Assembly: GCA_043228905.1 (NCBI GenBank)
Contig: JBHGNT010000020.1
Coordinates: 1,984,001 to 2,048,000 of the forward strand
Reading direction: 5' to 3'
Source: Azolla caroliniana
Taxonomy: Eukaryota > Plantae > Polypodiophyta
Length of the DNA stretch: 64,000 bases
Shown here: positions 26,079-35,935 of the stretch, one piece after another
Numbering within the stretch: position 1 is the first letter of the stretch
How the letters are laid out: the number at the start of each line of letters is the position of its first letter
Translations under genes and position numbers: made by a program
The notes under the pieces: model-generated
What the model saw: only the letters and a program-made list of their open reading frames with translations
Databases searched by the model: none
Told to the model about the DNA's origin: nothing

Positions 26079-26112
26079 CCCTCGCGCTCTGATACCATGT
26101 AAAAAGTAACGT

Positions 26113-26900
26113 TGTCGTGCCTTTCGGCTCCGGATCGTTGCGTGAGTCGGGTGGGAACCGCCGAGGTTTTGGACTAGGAGAAAGAAGAATATGAGATGAG
26201 GCTAGTAATGAATAGATTATTAGAAAGAGAGATAGAAATCTCGTGAATCCCACGAGTGTATTGTATTCGATTAATCAATATTTAGATAAGAATATGTATT
26301 TAGATTGAAAGAAAGATATAAGAAACTTGTGAATCCCACAAGTATAGATTATATTATTTTCGTGAATCCCACGATTATATTAATCGGTTGGTGTTTTCGG
26401 AAATATATCCAATTTCCAAATATTTCACACACCTATTACATTGTGCTCCCCATCCTTATGTAGTGATGGGAGAGACTAAGCATAGCTACATGTTTTTTTT
26501 CTAATATGTTCATGCACACTAAATGTGCATGTGATGCTTTTCTAATCCTTGCTTTTATTTGCTAAATATAGTGCTCATGCACGCTAGATGTGCATGAGTC
26601 ACTTTTTAGTTGCTTGCGTTTTTCTATAAAATATTCACGCACTCTAAAAATGCACGATTTACCTTTTAATAAAGGTAGGTGCAAATAAAGCACTTATAGT
26701 TATTAAATCTATTTGTAGAACACTAAAGATAAGGTAGCATAATGGTAAAGTTGAGGTTTGGCTACGTGGAGGTACAAGGTTCAAATCTTGCCCTATGCAC
26801 GTGATAAATATCTTGATATATTATTTTATTTATTTATATGTAATTAAATCGGTTATATTATTTTTACTTTTTCACGTAGTGTACGAAATACACTACGACA
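26113..26900 (-). mobile_element. Solo LTR of Gypsy family D, inserted in the B1 5' LTR
   Basis: TGTCGT..ACGACA with 4-bp TSD ACGT (26109-26112 and 26901-26904), confirmed against the empty site in the other B1 LTR (TGTAAAAAGTAACGTGTGG at 22140). Confidence 0.92.
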
Positions 26901-28049
26901 ACGTGCGGAAGCAAGTATGAAGACCGAACAGAAGGAAGAAAACTCAGGTTTAATGGAGAGCTTGAGCTTACGCAGTATACGCGGGAGAGACAGAGAGAGT
27001 GAGAGAGAGAAAAACAAGAACTATATTCACTACACTATACATATGTGTGTTCAATGAACACTTTTATACAAGTCCTAGAAGGACTGACAGAAGTACTGAC
27101 AATACTTCAATGCTCATTAAGAGCTCCTACACTAACTCCCAAATATATTCCTCACGGAATATCTTTCCTAACGGCCTCCCGGTTTACGCACCGATCCGGC
27201 CCTACCTACACAACTGATCGGTCCCAACTGATCCGGTCCTCGGCTTCTTCAGCCGATCCGGCCGATTTTGAGCTTGTCTCTCAACAAGGAACACTACACG
27301 CTCCCTGTATGCAACGCTCGGCCACAACCGACTTAGAATCATACACAGAAAACGGGAAGCGAAAAACACGACACAAAGGAGAGAAAAAAAATATGCAGTA
27401 TGTTTAACGTGGAAAACCCTGAGAGGGAAAAACCACGGGATTCCACAGACTCCAAACTATCACTATATCACAATGATTACAATAGTGAGCTCACGGAGGC
27501 AACGACCTTCGCCACAGGCGGCGGTTACAACAGAGGCAACGACCTCTTCCTCTCTCTCTCACTCTCTGTACACTGTTACGCGCTCTCTCTTCTTGCACCA
27601 ACAAGAATGACAACAACCACTAAAAGTTTGCCCTAAGTCATATTTATACTAATATGACTTTCCGGCTATTTACAAATATAGCTTCGATGGACTCTCGAAA
27701 ACATATTTACTGATATGTCTCTTCATCCGGTGAGCATTCCTCACCGGGTCTGCACCATTCGGCTCTCCGCAGCCGGGTACTTCTCATCCGGTTCTCACCG
27801 GGTCTGCACCATCCGGCTCTCCGTAGCCGGGTACTCCTCATCCGGTTCTCACCGGGTCTGCACCATCCGGCACTCCATAGCCGGGTACTCCTCATCCGGT
27901 TTCCCACCGGGTCTGTACCATCCGGCTCTCCGTAGCCGGGTACTCCTCATCCGGTTTCGGCCTCGGCCGAGTTTGTTCATCAGCAACTTTCTCCTCCCTT
28001 CCCATCCGGAGGAACCTATCTCCCAACAAACTCCCCCTTCACTCCGGCA

Positions 28050-29576
28050 TGGGGTGTCTTACTAGTCCGATCCTCTTCCGGCATGCATCCAACTTGTCGG
28101 GTATCAGCATTTGGTCAGCATATCTGACCCGTTCTCGGCCGTGTGGATCTTCGTCAGTGCGAACTCCTGGTCATCTACTCTTTCCCGGATCCAGTGTTAT
28201 CTTCGTTGGATATGCTTCGTCCGCGAATGATAGGCCGCATTCTTAGCAAGATGGATGGCACTTTGACTGTCGCAATAGAGTCAGTATTCATCTTGTCGGA
28301 TACCGAGCTCTCCGATGAAGTCCTTCATCCATAATATTTCCTTGCCGGCTTCCATAGCTGCCATGTACTCCACCTCCGTGGTTGACAATGCAACCGTCTT
28401 CTGCAGCCTCGACTGCCACGAAACAGTTCCCCCTGCATATGTCATTACATACCCGGATGTAGACCGGCTAGTATCCACATCAGCCGACATGTCCGAATCG
28501 GTGAAACCGTCAAGTAGAGGTTTTCTGGAGCCGAATCGGAGACACATATTTGAAGTGCCCTTCAAATACCAGAGTATCCATTTGACCGCGTTCCAGTGCT
28601 CCTTGCCGAGATTGCTCATAAACCGGCTCACCACTCCAACTGTGTATCCTATATCTGGTCGGGTACACACCATTGCGTACATCAAGCTCCCGACGGCAGA
28701 GGCATATGGAATCTTCATCATATCCGCCTTCTCTGCTTTTGTCTTCGGGCTTTGCTTACCGGATAGCCTGTAGTTTGCCGGAAGTGTCGATCCGACCGGT
28801 TTCGCATCTGACATGTTGAACCGCTGAAGCACCTTTGTCACGTACTTCTCCTGTGACAACCATAATTGCTTCATTGGCCGGTTCCGAGTAATATGCATCC
28901 CCAGCATCTGTCTTGCCGGACCCAAGTCTTTCATTGAGAAGGTCCGGTTGAGAGCCTTCTTCAGCATCCGTATTTTGGCTTGGTCCCGTCCGACAATCAA
29001 CATGTCGTCCATGTACAGAAGGAGTATCAGGAAGTCGCCTCCTTCGAACTTCTTCACAAACACGCAGTGATCGGCCTGCGTCTTGTGGTACCCTTGATCG
29101 GTCATGAAGGAATCAAACTTCCGGTACCATTGTCGGGGAGCCTGCTTTAGTCCGTACAGGCTCTTCTTCAGCCGGCATATCAGGTGCTCCTTCCCTTTCT
29201 CCACAAATCCCTTCGGGCTTGCCGCTATACTCAGCACCGTCTGGATGGAGGTCATCTTTACTACCGGGGCAAATATCTCGTTAAAGTCTACACCCTTTTT
29301 CTGCTGGAACCCCTTCACCACGATCCTGGCTTTGTATCTCGGGGGGTTGCCGTCATCTCCCGGTTTCAACTTGTACACCCACTTGTTTCGGAGTGCCTGC
29401 TTTCCTTTCGGCAACTCCACCAATTCGTACGTATGGTTCTCATGCAGGGAATCCATCTCATCCTGCATGGCACTTAACCATTTGCGGCTGTGGGTGTCTT
29501 TCTTCGCTTCTTCGAAACTTTCCGGCTCCCCCTCATCGGTCAACAGAACATCCTCTGCATCCGGAAATCTCCGGGG
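28050..29576 (-). pseudogene. pol: RT/RNase H of A3
   Basis: ORF 28281-29543: YMDDML, IPYASAVGSLMYAMVCTRPDI, FTDSDM, with an internal deletion in RT. Confidence 0.92.
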
Positions 29577-30016
29577 TGTTACCGGCTGGCAAAGGAGTCC
29601 AGAGTGGGAAACGGAGAGCTAATTAAGTAATAGGAATGTGGTTGTAATTAAGCTATGAGTGTGGACGGACGGACCGGAATCGGTATGCCGTTCCGGATCC
29701 GGACCGATCCCGAACAGGTGCGGATGGCACCGTTTTGTAATACAGACCGGAAACCTATTTAAAGGCCCGGATACAATGTAATAGTTAGCGGTTAATTAAT
29801 GAAAGCTTAAGCGTTGTTATATCTCTGTGATAATTGCCGTTCTATCTTAATTGTTATATCTTACGCGTGTTATGAAGACGATCCTAATAAGTAACTTAAC
29901 TAAGTCGGATTAAGCGTTGAAGTCTAATCCGGTTGCCGTAACACCCTTTGATGAAGTGTCTCCCGTAGACACCCTGTGTTAGGCCATTGTCCGGCCCGAA
30001 GAGTTAACACAGTTTT

Positions 30017-30026
30017 TGGCGACCAC
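30017..30026 (+). promoter_or_regulatory. Primer-binding site, probably tRNA-Arg (TGGCGACCAC)
   Basis: 7 nt after the 5' LTR; matches the Arg-type PBS known from plant non-chromovirus Gypsy elements. Confidence 0.7.
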
Positions 30027-30062
30027 GATTCCTGTTTTTGCAGCGAACGACGGCACGGATGG

Positions 30063-33000
30063 ATGTCTAGATCAACGCACGACCTGGTTACAGATCGAAC
30101 TCGACGCCTTGCCGAAAGGCAAAGGAGACGCGAGGCTTTCCAGCAAGCGGCGCAGGAAATTAGAGCGGATCGCTCGTTTTCCAACGTAATCTGGAGAGTA
30201 GCGGAGGACTCCCACTGGTTACAGCAAACATCACACCCGGACGACGACAGCAGCCTAAGCAGCCTCCAGGAAACCGAATCCCTTCTCCACGCGTTGGCAA
30301 ACGGAGAAGGCGAAGCAGAGGCCTTTTCAGCATATGAATCGGACTCCGAAGGGGAATACAACGTGCACACGAACTACCGTAGCAGTAACGAAACCCCGGG
30401 CGGACGAAGGACGAAGGACGAAGGAAGAGAAACAACCCACACCAGAATCAAATCGGGGAAGACCACCGACACCGGAGAAAATTCCGGAATGAGCACCAAC
30501 ACTACCAGCCCGCGCACCGATACCGGACGACGACATGCCTTTCCAGTACTCCAAGTATAGAGATGATCCGGACGCGGAAGCTCATGTGCACGCCTTTGAA
30601 CAGACATGGGAAGCCAACCATGTGTCCCAGCGATTGACCCCAGAAGAAGAAGAACGCTCTAAGATAGCGGAATTTGGCGTCACATTGGAGGGACCAGCAG
30701 CAAGATGGCGCCGGACGCAGGACCCGTCTACCATCAACACCTTTGCAGATTTAAAAGCTAAATTCATGCATTTTTTTCAAAAGGAGGTGGACCAGACCGT
30801 AATGGTAGGCCTATTTTATACCATCCGGCAAGAGGCAGGGGAGAGCATTCCCCAATTTGTCATCCGGTTTCAACGGATGCATAGTCAGCTTACCCGTGCA
30901 CCCCCGGAGGAGGAATTACGGACGATATTCCTAAACGCGCTCCGGGAACCCCTACGCACGGTTTGCACGGTAATTGATTTCCGCACAAGTACCATAGACC
31001 AGGTCATTGACCGGGTGAAAGAGATGGAAAAGACAAGCTCCTGGCTCACACTGGGCGCACTTGAACGGGCGTTACCGTCCGATGAAGACCTCCGGTTTCG
31101 GCAAACAATACAGTGCACAACCTGCTTGAATTCCGGACACTCGGCTCTAGAATGCACTATGAGGACGCAATGTGTAATCTGTCAATCCAAGAGCCATACG
31201 ACGGATAGGTGCGAGTATAATCTGTTGACTCGGCAAGCACCGCCCGTCCGACAAATTGAGCCACGCAGCAGCCGGGATGAAGAAGACGAACGCTGGCGAC
31301 GAATGGACCGTGACCGACCGGCACAGGATGTCCGGTATGGCGAGCGACGGGAAAATGATGTCGGGTATGGCGAGCGACGGGAAAATGATGTCCGGTACGG
31401 CAACCGACGGGAAAATGATGTCCAGTACGGTGATCGGCGAGAGAACTATGACCGGCATGATCGGTACCAGGATTACAATAAACGATACGAACAGTACGAC
31501 CGGGAGCACTCCCCCGGGTATCATCAACAACGGGAGGAATACGGCAGATATAACGGGCAACCCCGTCAAGAGTACCGTAATAAGAAGAGCTTTAACAAAA
31601 AATGGCATTTTAAAAAAGGCGGCTACCCCCGGGATCCGGAACAAGGCGCTTCAAGTAGCCAACCGGTACAAAACCCCACGCGTACCGTAGGACCTGCCCC
31701 GGGTACAATAGACAATGCCGAATCTAGCAATGCCCGGAAAGCCTACTGCTACTACTACAGACAGGAAGGCCATTATAGTAACCAATGCCTGGTGAAGAGC
31801 TAAGAAAAACGACCGGCGGTAAATATGGTAGTCCCTGAGGTGGCAGACCTGCAGCAGGTGACCAGAAGATCGAAGGGCATGGCCAAAGAATGGGAGACAC
31901 AGGAGACCATCCGCAAACAAGCAATGGAATGGGTAAAGAAAGCAAACGAGCAGAATGTCACAGACTTACAGTAGCAAAAGGAGAACACCGCAGGGCTTGC
32001 CGGCGGTAGTCACTCCGAGAACGAGACATGGCAGGCGTTGCAAGAATGCCAGATTACGTTACAACTAGGAAGACTCCTACAACTCGTGCCTAGATTCACG
32101 GAAGGACTGAAGACGGCCATGACGGCAGGAGAACCATCACCGGCACCGGTACTCTTCTCGAATCCGGAGGAGGGACCAACAGTGGTAGACACCAGCAATC
32201 CGGTAATCACTGCCATTGTAAAAGGGAAAGAACTCCCCAGCACAGTTATAGACGGAGGCTCTGGGGTAAATGTAATAAGCCTCCGGACGTGTGATGATCT
32301 AGGAATCCACGAGTGGGAGCCGTGTCCGTTCTGGTTGCGGATGGCCGATACAAGCTCAGTACGGCTGACAGGATTAATACGGAAATTAGAAGTCACCGTC
32401 GGCGGGCATACATTTCACATCTCGGCCGTAGTGCTACAATTTTAGGCACAAGGCGCATACCCGCTATTGCTGGGGTGACCATGGTTGAAAAAGGCACATA
32501 TCAAACAGAATTGGCGAAAAAATATAATTACCTTCCGGCGAGGAAAAGCCAAGGTACGGGTACCAACACAGCCAAGGACGTGCACTGGCAAGGAATGTAC
32601 ATCGTTGTATGCAGAATGCGTCAACATGCTAGAAGGGTTAGCGGACGAAGAAGAAGCTCAATACCTGCAGGGAAACCCGAAGATCATACCCCTCTTCGAA
32701 ATTGACATTGCCGAAGCCGTAGCACCGTACTTACCGCAACCGGAAGAGGCGGAAGCAGAACCGGATAAAGACGCAATCCGGGAGTTACGGCAAGCGCAGG
32801 AAGCGTTGGAACGGGAAATGGCCGTTTCACAACGCGTAAAAGCATCGCAACTGGAAGAGGTGAATTTAGGCACCACGGACGAAGCAAAACCGGTGCACAT
32901 CGCCAAGGAGATGAAGTCCAAAGACAAAACGGCGATGATAACACTTCTCACGGAATTCCGGGATGTGTTCGCCTGGTCATACGAAGATATGCGAGGACTC

Positions 33001-35778
33001 GACCCTCAGTTATACCAGCATCAAGTGCACTTGAGCAAGGACGCAAAACCAGTGGCACAAAGACGGTACCGGATGAATCCCAATTATGCTGCCAAGGTCA
33101 AGGAAGAAATTGACAAACTGCTAAGAGTTGGCTTTATCCGTCCGGTAAAGAAAGCGACATGGCTGAGCCCGATCGTAGTCGTACCAAAGAAGAACGGAAA
33201 AATTCTAGTTTGCGTGGACTACCGGAAACTCAATGCGGCTACGGTAACGGATGCGTTTCCCCTTCCGTTCACAGATGGAGTGTTGGATGTCGTCGCCGAC
33301 CACGAGGTCTATAGCTTCCTAGATGGATTCAGCGGGTATAATCAGATCCGGATACACCCCGACGACCAGGAGAAAACGACATTCGTCACCGAATGGGGGG
33401 TGTTTGTGGCCGTGGTGATGATGTTCGGACTCAAAACGGCACCGACAACGTTTCAAAGAATCATCATGGAAATCTTTGGTGAATATATACCGGCTTTTAT
33501 GCAGGTTTTCCTTGACGATTTCGCCGTCTATAGCCGGGAGGAGGACCATTTTCAGCACCTCCGTCTTTGTCTAGAAAAGTGTAGAGCGTACCGGCTAAGC
33601 TTGAATCCGGCAAAGTGTGTATTTGGCGTGTCCAGTGGAACTTTATTAGGACATATCGTAAGCTAGGAAGGTATAGCAATCGACCCGGACAAAGTGAAAG
33701 CCATATTAGAAGCACCGGCGCCGGCAACGGCAAAGGCATTAAGCCGGTTCTTAGGCCAGATCCGGTGGCACAGCCGGATGCTCCGATACTTGGCCGACCT
33801 GGCTACACCGTTACATGCCGCCGTACATCGGACACCATTCTAGTGGACCGATACTGAGGATAGGGTGTATAAGGCCCTCAAGGTACTATTGTCACAGGCA
33901 CCGGTAGTACAACCTCCAGATTGGAGTAAAGAATTTCACGTGTTCGTGGACGCCTCCGATATCGCAATCGGAAGCGTACTGATGCAGCTTACGGAACCAA
34001 AGTGGTACCGGCCAGTGGACTATGCCAGCCGGAAGCTATCCCAAGCAGAACGGAACTACTCCACTACGGAACGGGAAGCTCTAGGAATTATCTACAGTGT
34101 GACAAAGTTTCGGCATTATTTATTGGGAAGGAAGTTTTCCTTCCATGTAGATCATTCGGCACTCCTTTACCTGGTGTCCAAGGCGTCACTCATCGGCAAA
34201 TTGGCCCGGTGGACCTTATTGTTACAGGAGTTCGAGTTTGAAATATTCCACCGACCCGGTATACAGCATGTCGTAGCTGATTACTTAAGCCGATTGGAGT
34301 CCGGAGAGACGGGTGACGGAGTACCGGATGAGTTTCCGGATGCGGAGCTGTTTCGAGTCACTACGGAAACGGCAGCAGATGAGACAGTGGCCCAGGAAGA
34401 CAAGTGGCTCACAAATATGCACCAGTTTCTGAGCACAGGACTGCCTCCGAAAGAGCTGAACCGGGACGAACCGAAACGCCTGGCAGTACAAAGCCGACAT
34501 TTTTGCTTACTGCAAGACACACTGTACCACAAGGGCGCTGACGGCATATGGAGACGGGCGGTGCGCAACGATGAAAAGGGACTGATACTGAGAGAAGCCC
34601 ACTGCGGAGTTGCCGGAGGTCACTATGCCAGAGATGCGACGGCCAGAAAAATATGGCAAAGTGGCCTATGGTGGCCAACGACATTAAGAGATGCGGTACG
34701 GTACGCAAAAGAATGTGACCTATGCCAGAGAATGGGCCAGCCAACGGAGCAGGCTCGTATGCCACACCAGCCGGTACTACCACTCGAGCCATTCCAAAAG
34801 TGGGGGCTGGACTTTGTAGGACCGTTCAAGCCACCGGCAATGAGAACGGGTAATCGGTACGTTATCGTTGCTACGGATTACTGCACGAAATGGGTGGAGG
34901 CCAAAGCTTTACGGGATAACACCGCTGCATCAACGGTAAAGTTTCTATATGAGTACATCTGGTGCCGTTACGGTTGCCCCATTGAATTGATAAGTGACCA
35001 AGGGGGGCACTTTCTCAGACAAGTAGTGGAGAGCCTAACGAACTTCTATGCCGTGGTCCACAAACGAAGCACACCTTACTATCCACAGGCGAACGGATTA
35101 GCGGAATCAACAAACAAGACGCTCCAGAACATCCTTCGGAAGATAGTCAACGAGAACCGGACGGATTGGGACACAAAGCTACATAGCGCGCTTTGGGCAT
35201 ACCGGACGGCATACAAAACAAGCATCCGAACAACACCGTTCCGGTTGGCGTTCGGACTCGAGGCGATCATGCCGGTAGAATTTCAAGTACCTAGCTTACG
35301 GATCCAGCTACGAGAACGGCTGAACGAGAAGGAGTCGGAGACAATAAGGTTGACAGCGCTGTGTGAGCTGGAGGAACAACGGTTGGCCAGCATCCTGCAT
35401 TTAGAATTGGAGCAACGGCGACGGAAAGCATTCGTCGACCAGCACAGGAAAGGTAACGAAAAAATGTTCGCAATCGGCAAACCGGTGCTAGTATTCCAAA
35501 CCCAGATGGGCAAGATGCTGGGTAAACTAAGGTTTCGATGGACCGGACCATATTGGCTAACACGGGAGTATAATGGGTCCTACCAGTTGGGGACACTTGC
35601 CGGCGAAGTGCTGGGCAAATGGGTCAACGGATTCCGGTTAAAGGCATATAGAGGACCGATGCCTAAGAACCCGTTTGAGCAAAGGACCGACGGCAACCAC
35701 CAAGACGGCGGAGACGGCAAGCCGGGAACCGAAGAGAATGAGGCCGGTAAGGGTCCGAGAGGACCAACGGACATGTGA
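30063..35778 (+). pseudogene. gag-pol: gag-pol of E, single frame after 30424, with several nonsense codons
   Basis: Zinc knuckles, VIDGGSG protease, FLDD RT, VFVDAS RNase H, GLDFVGP/SDQG integrase, WTGPY. In-frame stops at 30490, 31801, 31972, 32443, 32476, 33664 and 33841; a GACGAAG triplication near 30403-30423 shifts the frame. Confidence 0.92.
31327..31446 (+). repeat. 30-bp coding tandem repeat (4 copies, DVRYGERREN) in E gag
   Basis: Units start at 31327, 31357, 31387 and 31417. Confidence 0.9.
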
Positions 35779-35935
35779 CGTCACACTAAGAATAATAATA
35801 ACTGAAAAAAAAAAAAAAAAAAAAACAATCATGCAAAAGTGAGGAATGAATGGATGAAAGAGCGTGGAGCGAAAAGGTACGTAGTGGGCATTTAAAGCGC
35901 CACCACAAGACATAATGCTATTTTAAGTACGCGAC

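Larger units (their letters stand above)
22140..27286 (-). mobile_element. Copia family B copy B1, lacking gag
   Basis: 3' LTR 22140-22536; 5' LTR 26098-26112 plus 26905-27286 (about 4 differences seen). PBS 26086-26097. TSD GGGAA/AGGAA (1 mismatch). Confidence 0.92.

Noticed and set aside
26728-26800. Functional tRNA gene
   Set aside because: A and B boxes are present but there are no convincing acceptor or anticodon stems; kept only as a finding.
29976-30560. Separate upstream ORF in element E
   Set aside because: Removing one GACGAAG repeat (30403-30423) and reading TGA 30490 as CGA fuses it to gag, so it is most simply the gag N-terminus.
35805-35825. A21 tract as a LINE/SINE tail
   Set aside because: No TSD or upstream retroposon body; it lies in the pol/extra-ORF spacer.
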